A stretch of 64,000 nt of DNA, from assembly GCA_019429365.1 (NCBI GenBank), contig JAHYJD010000003.1, forward strand, positions 30,689-94,688. Direction: 5' to 3'. The DNA is from Bacteroidales bacterium. Its GTDB lineage: Bacteria; Bacteroidota; Bacteroidia; Bacteroidales; UBA7960. The position numbers and the translations under genes are program-made. The notes beneath the pieces are model-generated. The model saw nothing but the letters and a program-made list of their open reading frames with translations, searched no databases and was not told the DNA's origin. This document shows, piece after piece, positions 17,003 to 26,944 of this stretch (positions are counted from its first letter, which is position 1; each line of letters opens with the position of its first letter).

Positions 17003-18371
17003 GGTCTTGTGCTTTTTGTTTTCTTAATTTTTCGGCCCGGGCAATGGGCTTAACCTCATTAACTGCCACAATAGGTATATACCTTACAAACATCAGCATA
17101 CCACAGGTAAACAGCCCGAAAGTCCCCAGGTAAATGCCAATGTCGACCATGGTGGGGCTGTAATGAGTCCAGCTCGAAGGCAGAAAATCTTCGGCCAGCG
17201 ACGAAACAAGGATAATATACCTTTCGAACCACATGCCAATATTTATGACTATTGAAACCAAAAACAGAATTATCAAATTTTTGCGGGCATTCTTAAACCA
17301 GAAAAGTTGAGGGATGACTGCGTTGAACACAAACATGATCCAGAATGCCACCGAGAAACTGCCTGTGGCACGTGCCCTGAAAAAGGTGTATATTTCGTAA
17401 TCGACGCCCGAATACCACGCGGTAAACATCTCGGTAACATAGGCCAGCCCAATAATGAGCGAGCCATATTTTAGCACATGGGCAATGTTGTCGAGGTGCT
17501 TTTCGGTTATATAGTCAAAAAGATTAAAGGCTTTTCTGAAAAGGATCATCAGGGTAAGCACCATGGCAAAACCGCTGAAGATGGCACCCACAAAGAAGTA
17601 AGGTGGCAAAATGGTGGCATGCCATCCGGGCAGCACCGACACGGCAAAGTCGAGGGCCACAATGGTATGTACCGAAATAACCAGGGGAGCAGCCAGGCCG
17701 CCCAGTATCTTCATCAGGGTTTCGTAACGGTTGTAGGTATAAAGCGATCCGTTCCAGCCCAGGCTGAACATCCCGTAAAGGAATTTGCCTACCTTGTTTT
17801 TGGTACGCTGAGCAATGGTAGCCAGATCAGGAACCATACCCATGTACCAAAGCATGATGGAGGTGATCAGGTAGGTGGATATAGCCAGCACGTCCCAGAA
17901 CAGGGGCGAGTTGAAGTTGAGCCACAGCAGGCGGGTGTTGGGATATGGCAGTATGAAAAATGCCAGCCAGGGTCTTCCCATATGGATGAGCGGAAACAGG
18001 CCTGCACACATTACGGCAAACACCGTCATGGCTTCGGCCGAACGGTTAATGGAGCCTGCCCATTTTTGCCTGAATACCAAAAAGAAAATGGTAAAAGCTG
18101 TGCCGGCGTGACCAATGCCGATCCACCATACAAAGTTTATAATGTCCCAGCCCCAGGCCACGCTGTTGGTAAGGCCCCAAGTGCCAAGGCCCTGGCTCAG
18201 CGACATGTAAAAGGCCCAACCACCAATGGCCAGCAGTATGGTGCCTATGGTCATGCCCGCAAACCACCACAGTGGTGGCTTCTGCTCTACGTTAAGCAGC
18301 AACTCGTCGGTTATCTGCCCGTAGGTCTTGTCTCCCTTTACCAGGGCATATCTTATTTTATTGTTTATCAT
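16992..18371 (-). CDS. actC: Alternative Complex III quinol-binding membrane subunit ActC (NrfD/PsrC family)
   Basis: 459 aa polytopic protein. NrfD-like sequence directly downstream of actB. Confidence 0.85.
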   Translation of the reverse strand: MINNKIRYALVKGDKTYGQITDELLLNVEQKPPLWWFAGMTIGTILLAIGGWAFYMSLSQGLGTWGLTNSVAWGWDIINFVWWIGIGHAGTAFTIFFLVFRQKWAGSINRSAEAMTVFAVMCAGLFPLIHMGRPWLAFFILPYPNTRLLWLNFNSPLFWDVLAISTYLITSIMLWYMGMVPDLATIAQRTKNKVGKFLYGMFSLGWNGSLYTYNRYETLMKILGGLAAPLVISVHTIVALDFAVSVLPGWHATILPPYFFVGAIFSGFAMVLTLMILFRKAFNLFDYITEKHLDNIAHVLKYGSLIIGLAYVTEMFTAWYSGVDYEIYTFFRARATGSFSVAFWIMFVFNAVIPQLFWFKNARKNLIILFLVSIVINIGMWFERYIILVSSLAEDFLPSSWTHYSPTMVDIGIYLGTFGLFTCGMLMFVRYIPIVAVNEVKPIARAEKLRKQKAQDHEH

Positions 18372-18402
18372 ACACGATGTTTATTGTGGTTCAACATCAT
18401 AA

Positions 18403-21363
18403 TTATGTGCGTGGATTTCTGATCTTGGTCAGGTAACCTACCGATGGCAAGGTATGCAATTCCTCGAGCAGGTGGTAGTTGCGCGGATCCTTTATCAGTT
18501 TGGATACTTTGCTTTCCGGGTCGTTCAGATCGCCAAACACCAGTGCATTGCTCGGGCAGGCCTGCGCACAGGCAGGTTTAATCTCTCCATCTTTCAGGAT
18601 GCGGCGCTCGTTTTTGGCGGTGAGTTTTGCTTCCTGTATGCGTTGCACGCAGAAAGAGCATTTCTCAACCACGCCACGTTCCCTTACGGTCACATCAGGG
18701 TTGAGCACCATACGGCCAAGGTCGGTGGTGGTATGGGTGTTGAACTTCTCCTTGGTGGCATACTCGTACCAGTTGAAGCGCCGAACTTTGTATGGACAGT
18801 TGTTGATGCAATACTTGGTGCCTACGCAACGATTGTAAGTAATCTGGTTTATGCCTTCCTGACTGTGTGTGGTGGCGGCTACCGGACAAACGTTCTCGCA
18901 TGGAGCATGGTCACAGTGCTGGCACATGAGCGGCTGAAATACTACCCCGGGATTTTCTGCCTCGCCGGTGTAGTAGCGGTCGATGCGCATCCAGTGCATG
19001 ATGCGGCGGCGACGCACCTGGTCCTTGCCGATTACCGGGGTGTTGTTTTCGCTCTGGCAGGCAATCACGCAAGTGCTGCAGCCAGTGCAGGCATTCAGAT
19101 CGACCATTAGTGCCCAGTGGTGGCCTTCAAACTCCTGCGCAGGGTAAAGGGTGGTTTTATGCTTTTCATGGTATTTGTGCAGTTCGTTGCCTGCGGCGGG
19201 GTCTTCCTTGTATTTATCAAGGGTGGATTCGCGCACAATTGCGCGGCCTTCCATAGAGAAGTGGGTTTGGGTGCGCGCAAATTCGTGCTTGCCACCCACC
19301 TTTTCCCAATGGCTAATATTTCCGCTAAAAAGGCGGCTGTTGTTTAGCAGGAAAGCGTTTCCGCCACGGTCGTCGGCGCTGATGCCTGCATGGCTCCGGC
19401 CATATCCCAGGGCAAAGGCCATGCAGCCGGCAGCCACTCCCGGCTGAATCAAAACCGGCACCCTGGTTTTTTCATTAATCCGGATCACATCGCCCTCGGC
19501 CAGATCAAGACTTCTTGCCGTTGCAGGCGAAACCGCCGCGAAGTTATCCCAGCAAACCGAAGTAATGGGGTCGGGCAGCTCCTGCAGCCAGGGGTTGTTG
19601 GCATCCTGGCCGTCGGCCAGCGAAAGGCTGGGGTAAATGACAAACTCCAGTTCGGCAGCACTGGCAATGCGGTTATTAATTGTGCCAGCAATTAAGCCCA
19701 TGGCTGCTGGATTGAAGTTCATGGCGAGTGCCTGGTTTGGTTTAATTTCAAGCACACCTGCCTGCAAGCTCTTGACCCAGAATAACTCTGCATCGGTAAA
19801 TTCCGATTGCAGGGGCATAAGGTTATTTTGCCACCAGTTCTTCAGGTAAGCATGGAAATCGGAGTCTTTGCCCATCCAGGCAAGCAGGGTGTCCTGAAAC
19901 TGCCGGGTTTTAAAAAGTGGGTGAATCAAAGGCTGCATGAGACTGTAGTGCCCTGACTTAAACTCAGCATCTCCCCACGATTCGAGGTAGTGGTGGTCGG
20001 GTAGAATATACTGGCAAACTTTCGCAGTCTCGTCTTTTAAGGATGAAAAGGAAATGCTCAGTCCGGTCTTTTCAATGCCGCTGACCACTTTTTCGGTATC
20101 AGCATAATGGTAAACCGGGTTGCTGTGGTAAAACATAACCGCATCCACATTTCCCTGGTTCATGTCGTTGAGCAGGTTGTCGAAAGCATTATCACCGGCC
20201 ATTCCAATCATTAATGGCGCGGTTGTTTCTATGGTAGTTCCGTAAGCCCCACACATTTGGTTAATAGCAGCTACAAGCATTTGAACCTCTGCCTGGCTGC
20301 TTCCCGAAACCACCAGGGCCTTTCCCTGATTTTCCATAAGCTGGCGGGCGAGGCTCTCCACATCGTAATCAACGCTTGCGGCGCCGATTCCGGCTTGACC
20401 GGCTAATGCGGCCACCTGGTCGTGGAGTGCAAGCAAAATTTTCAGTTCTTCCGTTGGCTTAACCGGCACCCGCTCGTCGGCACTGGCACCGGTGAGCGAG
20501 AGCATGCTCTCAAACTGAATGTGACGCGACATTTCAGGTTTTTCCTGGCTTAGGCGTCGTCGTTCGGCATAGCGGCCCGCAAATTCAACCGGCGAGAGCC
20601 AGGTGCCTAGAAAATCGCAACCAAAACCCACGATGAGTTCAGCCTTATCGAAACGGTAATCAGGGATTATGGCGTTGCCAAAAAGGTTTTCATGTGCCTT
20701 TCGGAGGCCGTGGTAGGGTATGGCATCCCAGGCAATAACCTCCACTCCCGCAAAAGTTGATTTGAACTCTTCTATCAATGCTTTGGAAGAAGGGCTTATC
20801 AGGGTCGGGGTCACTAGAGCAATTCTTCCGCCACTGTCCGAAATCTCCTTCAATTTTGCAATAATGGCCGTATCGGCTTCTGACCATTCAGTTTCTTCCC
20901 CGTTTTTCAGGGCGGTTTTGTAGCGCGCACCAGTGTCGTAAAGACTCAGTACCGATGCCTGTACCCTGGCCGAAGTGCCGCCTTTGGTTATCCCCGAAAG
21001 GGTGTTACCTTCAATTTTTATGGGGCGGCCATCGCGGCTTTTGACCAGTACCGGGCAGTATTCGTTGCCGTTCAAATAAGTGGAGGCATAATACGAGGCT
21101 TTGCCCGGAACCAGTGTCTCGGGCTGATTCAGGAAAGGGATGGCCTTCTTTACCGGGTTTTCGCAGGCCGAAAGCACTGTGGCCGACACAAAGCTGATGC
21201 CGCACCACTTCAGAAAGTCGCGCCGCGACGAAGATTTATTGTTGGCCTCATCGGCAAGAATCTCAACCATGGATCGGTCCTGGCCGTCTTCGGCAAGCAG
21301 GTCGGCTTGCTGTTGGTCAGTGATTTGAAGCTCGTTTAAACTTTTCCAGTATTTCTTTTCCAT
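18403..21363 (-). CDS. actB: Alternative Complex III subunit ActB (molybdopterin-oxidoreductase-like domain fused to 4Fe-4S ferredoxin domain)
   Basis: 986 aa with a Tat signal SRRDFLKW. The C-terminal part has multiple Cys clusters (CTGCSTCVIAC, CQHCDHAPC, CINNCPY, CAQACP). Confidence 0.9.
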   Translation of the reverse strand: MEKKYWKSLNELQITDQQQADLLAEDGQDRSMVEILADEANNKSSSRRDFLKWCGISFVSATVLSACENPVKKAIPFLNQPETLVPGKASYYASTYLNGNEYCPVLVKSRDGRPIKIEGNTLSGITKGGTSARVQASVLSLYDTGARYKTALKNGEETEWSEADTAIIAKLKEISDSGGRIALVTPTLISPSSKALIEEFKSTFAGVEVIAWDAIPYHGLRKAHENLFGNAIIPDYRFDKAELIVGFGCDFLGTWLSPVEFAGRYAERRRLSQEKPEMSRHIQFESMLSLTGASADERVPVKPTEELKILLALHDQVAALAGQAGIGAASVDYDVESLARQLMENQGKALVVSGSSQAEVQMLVAAINQMCGAYGTTIETTAPLMIGMAGDNAFDNLLNDMNQGNVDAVMFYHSNPVYHYADTEKVVSGIEKTGLSISFSSLKDETAKVCQYILPDHHYLESWGDAEFKSGHYSLMQPLIHPLFKTRQFQDTLLAWMGKDSDFHAYLKNWWQNNLMPLQSEFTDAELFWVKSLQAGVLEIKPNQALAMNFNPAAMGLIAGTINNRIASAAELEFVIYPSLSLADGQDANNPWLQELPDPITSVCWDNFAAVSPATARSLDLAEGDVIRINEKTRVPVLIQPGVAAGCMAFALGYGRSHAGISADDRGGNAFLLNNSRLFSGNISHWEKVGGKHEFARTQTHFSMEGRAIVRESTLDKYKEDPAAGNELHKYHEKHKTTLYPAQEFEGHHWALMVDLNACTGCSTCVIACQSENNTPVIGKDQVRRRRIMHWMRIDRYYTGEAENPGVVFQPLMCQHCDHAPCENVCPVAATTHSQEGINQITYNRCVGTKYCINNCPYKVRRFNWYEYATKEKFNTHTTTDLGRMVLNPDVTVRERGVVEKCSFCVQRIQEAKLTAKNERRILKDGEIKPACAQACPSNALVFGDLNDPESKVSKLIKDPRNYHLLEELHTLPSVGYLTKIRNPRT

Positions 21364-21435
21364 TTGGAAACAGTTTGTATTGCTGAATAATCTTTTTAAT
21401 GGCGCTTTCGCGGAAAGTCATGCCAGGCAAGCTGA

Positions 21436-22695
21436 TCAATAGTGGCACTTCATGCAATCTTCACCTCCGATGCGGGCAGCTTTTACTGCGTCAATCTTTC
21501 CGTCTTTTATGTCCTGATGCAGTTGCTTGTAAATCTGGAAGTATGGGTTGTCAAGAAAATCCACGTCATTGTCGCGGTGGCAGGTGAGGCACCAGCCCAT
21601 GCTCAAATCTTCGACCTGGCTTAAAATATGCATTTCCTCTACCAGCCCGTGGCACTCCTGGCATTCGAGTTTCCCGGCATTCACATGCTGGGCGTGGCTG
21701 AAGAAACTGTGATCGGGCAACTTGTGTATGCGTATCCAGCGGATAGGCTCTCCGGTTTCCACGGCCTGATGTATTTTATTGATCTCGAAGCGGCCGGAAT
21801 TCGTGCCTTCTCTGATCACGTTATGGCAATTGAGGCAGGTGTTGTTTGAGGGTATGCCGGCACTTAAGCTGAAACTGCTGATGGTGTGGCAGTAGTTGCA
21901 GTCGATTTCGTTTTCGCCTGCATGTATCAGGTGCGAAAATTTTATGGGCTGGTCGGGGGCGTAGTCCTGGGTGCGTCCAAGGCTGCGACTTTCGGCCACC
22001 GCAAATTGCATGTGTACGACCAATCCGATGATAAGTATCAGCACGTGGGGAACCTTGAATTTAATTTTTTTGGTTATGAGCAGGTCAACCAGGGCCAGCA
22101 GCATAAGGAAGCCAAGTCCCCAGAAAATAAATGCTTTGACAGGATAAGCCTGGAGTTCACCGGGTCCTTTTTTCAGCACCTCCAGGTAATATGCTTCCAG
22201 TTGTCTCTCTTCATCGGGAGTAATGGTCATGCCCGAGTGATCGGCCATCATGCGCATGCCGGTGGGGCTATTCAGCTTTGCAGCAATGCGGTATTCTTCA
22301 TTGTCGTGCCATAATTTGGCCAGGTCGTAAGCCGAAGGGTTCCAGTTTAGGGTGTCGGTGCGGGAAGTGTAATGGCAGGAGGCGCAGTCGTGCTGCCCAC
22401 TTCCAAAAGGAACCATTCCCTTGAAAAGGCGTTCGCCGCGGCGCAAGTCCTGTTTGCTGTATTCGCCCCTCGTATAGGGTTGGTCCGGCTCGGGTGCAGC
22501 CTCTCCTTCTGCTTCCTCAGCAACCTCTTCCATCAAACTGTCGATGGCAGCAATTACTTCTTCCGCATCGACCGCCAGGGTGTCCTGGCTGAAAAGGGGT
22601 ATGGTAAACCAGCCGATTATACTGAACAGCAACACGAAAAGCCCGGGAAGCAATGCCCCGGTTCTCTTTCTTCCTGCAATTGGTTTGGTGTGCAT
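21436..22695 (-). CDS. actA: Alternative Complex III multiheme cytochrome c subunit ActA (six CxxCH motifs)
   Basis: CASCH, CNYCH, CLNCH, CQECH, CLTCH and CMKCH motifs. N-terminal TM helices. First gene of the cluster. Confidence 0.85.
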   Translation of the reverse strand: MHTKPIAGRKRTGALLPGLFVLLFSIIGWFTIPLFSQDTLAVDAEEVIAAIDSLMEEVAEEAEGEAAPEPDQPYTRGEYSKQDLRRGERLFKGMVPFGSGQHDCASCHYTSRTDTLNWNPSAYDLAKLWHDNEEYRIAAKLNSPTGMRMMADHSGMTITPDEERQLEAYYLEVLKKGPGELQAYPVKAFIFWGLGFLMLLALVDLLITKKIKFKVPHVLILIIGLVVHMQFAVAESRSLGRTQDYAPDQPIKFSHLIHAGENEIDCNYCHTISSFSLSAGIPSNNTCLNCHNVIREGTNSGRFEINKIHQAVETGEPIRWIRIHKLPDHSFFSHAQHVNAGKLECQECHGLVEEMHILSQVEDLSMGWCLTCHRDNDVDFLDNPYFQIYKQLHQDIKDGKIDAVKAARIGGEDCMKCHY

Positions 22696-23182
22696 GGTGA
22701 TTCAGGTTTGTTTGCAAACTTGCTTGTATTCAGGGAAGACCTGAAAATAATTCCAAACAGATATTTATATATTTGTAAGAGCGCACTGAAAACCAGTGAA
22801 ATGCGTATTGTTCTGTTTCTTGAAACAACTGAAATCAAAGGCTTCGGGGGTAAAATTATAAAAAAATATATCTCCGTTCACTGCTTTTGCTTATTCAGAA
22901 TCATTCAAAATAAAAGAAGAGTGTTTGGTCGGGTTTAAACTTTAACACATGCAAAAGATGGGACGGACAGCATGAGAACGTTTAGAACAAGGGTTTTATA
23001 TGGCTGTTTTTGCCGGTGCTTTTAAGTACAGCAACCCAAATATACATTTTTTAAGAAATTAAAATCAACTAAATTCATTAATGATAATAAATTTTCTTTT
23101 TTTTGCAAAACGATAAGCCAAACTGGCTTTTTTTGTGTTTTTGTGCATAAATAAGAATAATTGACGTTTGTTATTTTAAAGT

Positions 23183-24430
23183 ATGCAGTTAATGGCGTTA
23201 CAAAAAAAAAATCTGACTACTCCCGATGGTAATAGCCAGGCTGCTCCTGTTTGGGTGCTTGATGATGACCCCATGATGGTAAATGGCATTGAAAAGAAGC
23301 TGGAATCACATGGCGTTAAGTCGCGCGGCTTTACTGATGCTCATGCTTTTGCTGAAACCTATCTTGCCGAATCGTTTGATGGTTTGCTGATTATTATTGA
23401 CTATCAGCTTGGCACTACCACTGGCCTTGATGTAATTAATGAGTTGCAGCGCCAGGGGCACCGGCCCGATTTCCTTGCAATGACCGGCTATGGAGATGAA
23501 AAAGTAGCAGTATCTCTTATGAAAGCCGGTGCCATAGATTACCTGGTTAAGGAAAAAGGTTTTATTGACCACGTTCCTTTGGCCGTGGAGGCGGCATTCA
23601 AGCGAATGCACATTAACCGCAAGCTCGAAAAAGCTACTTTTTCGCTCAAACGCAGCCTCGAAAAGCAAAAAAAGCTGAATCAACGCATCCAGGCTCAGAA
23701 TCTTGAACTTTCACGCGAAAAAGCAAAAGTCGAGGTGCTGTTGCAAAATATTTTACCCGGCAGGATTGCCCGTGAATTGCTGAGCCATGGCACTGCCAAA
23801 GCCCGGTATTTTCCGTGTGTAAGTGTGTTGTATGCTGATGTGGAAGATTTTTCGGCCAAATCGGCTCTGTTTAAACCCATCGACCTGGTTGAAAAACTTG
23901 ATGAGTACTTTAGCATGTTCGATGGTATTATTGGAAGGCTGAGACTGGAGAAGATCAAAACCATTGGTGATTGCTATATGTGTGCCGGTGGAATTCCTGA
24001 AGCTGACACCCTGAGCCCGGCCCGGGTTGTGCTTGCCGGACTGCAGATTCAGCACGCAGTGGCAATAGAGGCCCTTGAAGCAGCTGCCGAGGAGAGGCCT
24101 TTCTTCACCCTTCGCCTGGGGATTCATACCGGCGAGGTGGTGGCCGGAGTTATTGGCCGCAAAAAATTCTCTTACGATATTTGGGGCAACGCTGCCAATA
24201 AAGCCCATTGGATGGTGCAGGCCGGCGAAGAAAACAAGGTGAATATTTCTTCTGAAACCTTTGAACTTGTTTCTGATTATTTTGAGTGCAGCTACAGGGG
24301 CAAGGTGCAGACCAAGCACTATCAGTTCGAAGAAATGTACTTTGTGTATCGCCTCAAACCCGAATATTCGGTTGATGCCGCAGGTCTGGAGCCAAATATT
24401 AAGTTTCTCGAAGCTACCGGCATGATTTAG
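23183..24430 (+). CDS. Response-regulator receiver domain fused to class III adenylate/guanylate cyclase
   Basis: REC domain (VWVLDDDP...IIIDYQL...MTGYGD...KAGAIDYLVK), a coiled coil, then a CYCc domain (VLYADVEDFS...KTIGDCYMCAGG...LRLGIHTGEVVAGVIG...DIWGNAAN). Confidence 0.85.
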   Translation: MQLMALQKKNLTTPDGNSQAAPVWVLDDDPMMVNGIEKKLESHGVKSRGFTDAHAFAETYLAESFDGLLIIIDYQLGTTTGLDVINELQRQGHRPDFLAMTGYGDEKVAVSLMKAGAIDYLVKEKGFIDHVPLAVEAAFKRMHINRKLEKATFSLKRSLEKQKKLNQRIQAQNLELSREKAKVEVLLQNILPGRIARELLSHGTAKARYFPCVSVLYADVEDFSAKSALFKPIDLVEKLDEYFSMFDGIIGRLRLEKIKTIGDCYMCAGGIPEADTLSPARVVLAGLQIQHAVAIEALEAAAEERPFFTLRLGIHTGEVVAGVIGRKKFSYDIWGNAANKAHWMVQAGEENKVNISSETFELVSDYFECSYRGKVQTKHYQFEEMYFVYRLKPEYSVDAAGLEPNIKFLEATGMI

Positions 24431-24511
24431 AATTGCTCCTGAAAGCAAAGTTTTTTGCAAATGCCGTTTTGGCCTTTAATCCCGGCATGTTGTTTGAATT
24501 GCAGAATAGTG

Positions 24512-24519
24512 TAAATTTG
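24512..24519 (+). promoter_or_regulatory. Candidate -7 box TAAATTTG
   Basis: Matches TAnnTTTG, 32 nt upstream of ATG 24551. Confidence 0.4.
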
Positions 24520-24550
24520 TTTTCCCGAAAAACAGAGTAAAAAGCCAGTA

Positions 24551-26896
24551 ATGTATCAGTTTTTGGAAAAGGCCCGTAACCAGCAGTTTGTCATCACCAT
24601 TGTGGAAGACGACCTTTCGCTAAATTATCTGATCCGGAAAACACTGGAGCGTGAAGGCTATGTTTGCCAGGGTTTTCAGTCAGGGGCTGAAACCTATAAA
24701 TGGATTGTTGAAAATCCCGGGTCGGACACCCTTATTCTGCTCGACTATCAGCTGGCTGATGTGCAGGGCGAAGAGTTTATAAGGCGTTTGAAGCGCGAAA
24801 ACATTGACTTGCCTTTTGTTATCATTACCGGCCATGGCGACGAACGCACGGCGGTCGAAATGATGAAGTTGGGCGCCCTTGACTATATGGTTAAAGACAA
24901 TAGTTTCGTTGACCTTTTGCCTTCGGTCATACATCAGGTGGTTAGCCGTCTCAGCATACAGAAACAACTTACCGAATCGCAGCACGCCCTGCGTCAGAGC
25001 GAGGAAAAATACCGGAGTATCTTCGAAAATATTCAGGATGTGTATTTCGAGCTTACGCTCGAGGGTATTGTGCTTGAGTTGTCTCCTTCCATCGAGCAGA
25101 TCTTTTTATACAAAAAAGACGACCTTCTGGGCAAACCCCTGTTTGAAGACAGAAACAAGCAGGATGTGTTCTTTGAGCACCTGAACGAAAAGGGCTATAT
25201 GTCTGATTTTGAGTTGCTGCTCAACAGAAAGAACAAGCAGAAATTGCCCTGCTCCATCACTTGCAAGTATATCTACGACCATGATGGCGAAGCCACCATG
25301 ATTGTGGGCACCATTCGCAATATAAGTGAGCGCAAGCAGGCCGAAGAAAACCTGCGGATCAGTGAGGAACGCTACCGTATTCTGGCCGAGAACTCCAGCG
25401 ATATGATTTCAAAGCATAGTTGGGATGGCTCCTATGTTTACGTTTCTCCCGCCTCAAAAAGGCTTTTGGGTTACGAGTCGGAGGACCTGGTCGGAAAATC
25501 GGCCTACCTTTTTATTCATCCCGACGACATCGACGGAGTTAGGCGTAGCCACATAGGACTGCTCGAAAACCAGCACGATAATTTTATTGAAAGTTACCGT
25601 ATTTGCAAAAAAGACGGAAACTACATTTGGTTTGAAACCACCAACCAGGTTATTTTTAATCAGAAAACAAACCTGGTAGAGGAGATTGTATGTGTGAGCC
25701 GCGATATTACGGTTCGTAAGGAAAAGGAAGAGCTGCTCAAAGCAAAGGAGGTGGCAGAAAGGGCCAACCAGGCCAAATCGGAGTTTCTGGCCAATATGAG
25801 TCACGAAATCCGTAACCCCCTCAATGCCATCATTGGCATGACCAAAACGCTGTCGAAAACACGGCTGGATTCCGACCAGCAGAGTTATATAAATTCCATC
25901 CTGATTTCTTCAGGCAACCTGCTGCATATTCTGAACGATATTCTCGATTTTTCAAAGATCGAAGCCAATAAGATTGATCTGACCTTTGCCGATTTCAACC
26001 TCAAAATGGCAATTGCCGAGACCCTCTCAGTTTTCGAACCCCAGGCAAATGCCAAGGGCCTTGAGCTTGAAATAAATTTTGACCCCGATGTTCCGGAATG
26101 GGTGCATGGTGATGAAAAGAAAATCTGCCAGGTTCTTAACAATTTGCTAAGCAACGCCCTGAAGTTTACCAACCAGGGAAAAATAGAGATAGGTGTTTCG
26201 AAAAAATCGGTGCAGCAAGAGAACATTCGCCTGGTATTCTTCGTTAAAGATACAGGTATTGGTGTGAAAAATGATGACATTCCACGGCTTTTTGAGTCGT
26301 TTCGTCAGCTCGATATTTCTGCCAGAAAAGAATATCAGGGTACTGGCCTGGGGCTTAATATTGTGAAAAGCCTGGTAGAAATGATGCATGGAAAAGTTGA
26401 ATTTGAAAGTGAATATAACCAAGGCAGCAGGGTTTCGTTTGAAATCCCCCTTGTGGTTGCCAGTGAAAAGAGAACCTTTGGTGATAAAATGCCCATTAAG
26501 GATAATGAAGAGGAACCTGAGATGAAAGAACTGAACATCCTTGTTGCTGAAGACGACGCAATAAACCAGTTGTATCTTGCCGGTTTTTTGCGCTCTCAGG
26601 GCTGGAAAGTGGATACCGCGGCCAATGGCATGGTGGCTATTGAAAAATTTTCTGGAAGTGTATACGACCTGGTGCTCATGGATGGACAGATGCCCAAAAT
26701 GGACGGCTTTGAAACCACCCGGCGCATTCGTGAAATGGAGAAATCATCTGGCAAGCATGTGCCCATTATTGCCATCACGGGTTATGCCATTCCCGGTGAC
26801 CGCGAGCGCTTTCTCGAGGCAGGCATGGACGATTACGTATCAAAACCCATAGATGAACGAAAGCTCATAGAGATAATAAACCGTATGACCCAATAA
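24551..26896 (+). CDS. Hybrid sensor histidine kinase (REC-PAS-PAS-HisKA-HATPase-REC)
   Basis: N-terminal REC (LILLDYQL), two PAS-like segments, H-box FLANMSHEIRNPLN, ATPase G-boxes (DTGIGV, GTGLGL), and a C-terminal REC (LVLMDGQMPKMDG). Confidence 0.9.
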   Translation: MYQFLEKARNQQFVITIVEDDLSLNYLIRKTLEREGYVCQGFQSGAETYKWIVENPGSDTLILLDYQLADVQGEEFIRRLKRENIDLPFVIITGHGDERTAVEMMKLGALDYMVKDNSFVDLLPSVIHQVVSRLSIQKQLTESQHALRQSEEKYRSIFENIQDVYFELTLEGIVLELSPSIEQIFLYKKDDLLGKPLFEDRNKQDVFFEHLNEKGYMSDFELLLNRKNKQKLPCSITCKYIYDHDGEATMIVGTIRNISERKQAEENLRISEERYRILAENSSDMISKHSWDGSYVYVSPASKRLLGYESEDLVGKSAYLFIHPDDIDGVRRSHIGLLENQHDNFIESYRICKKDGNYIWFETTNQVIFNQKTNLVEEIVCVSRDITVRKEKEELLKAKEVAERANQAKSEFLANMSHEIRNPLNAIIGMTKTLSKTRLDSDQQSYINSILISSGNLLHILNDILDFSKIEANKIDLTFADFNLKMAIAETLSVFEPQANAKGLELEINFDPDVPEWVHGDEKKICQVLNNLLSNALKFTNQGKIEIGVSKKSVQQENIRLVFFVKDTGIGVKNDDIPRLFESFRQLDISARKEYQGTGLGLNIVKSLVEMMHGKVEFESEYNQGSRVSFEIPLVVASEKRTFGDKMPIKDNEEEPEMKELNILVAEDDAINQLYLAGFLRSQGWKVDTAANGMVAIEKFSGSVYDLVLMDGQMPKMDGFETTRRIREMEKSSGKHVPIIAITGYAIPGDRERFLEAGMDDYVSKPIDERKLIEIINRMTQ

Positions 26897-26922
26897 AAAA
26901 ACCGGAGTTCGCTCCGGTTTTT
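26893..26922. terminator. Bidirectional rho-independent terminator between the kinase gene and pgk
   Basis: A-run, stem ACCGGAG (26899-26905), loop TTCG, stem CTCCGGT (26910-26916), then T-run. Confidence 0.8.
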
Positions 26923-26944
26923 TTGTGGTCAAGTGGTGCAAGGT

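Noticed and set aside
23113-23136. Short hairpin AAGCCA-aact-TGGCTT followed by a T-run in the 487-nt intergenic region upstream of the cyclase gene
   Set aside because: The stem is only 5-6 bp and no upstream + strand gene or convincing small ORF exists to terminate. The small ORF candidates at 22801-22938 (46 aa) and around 23001 (20 aa) have no support.
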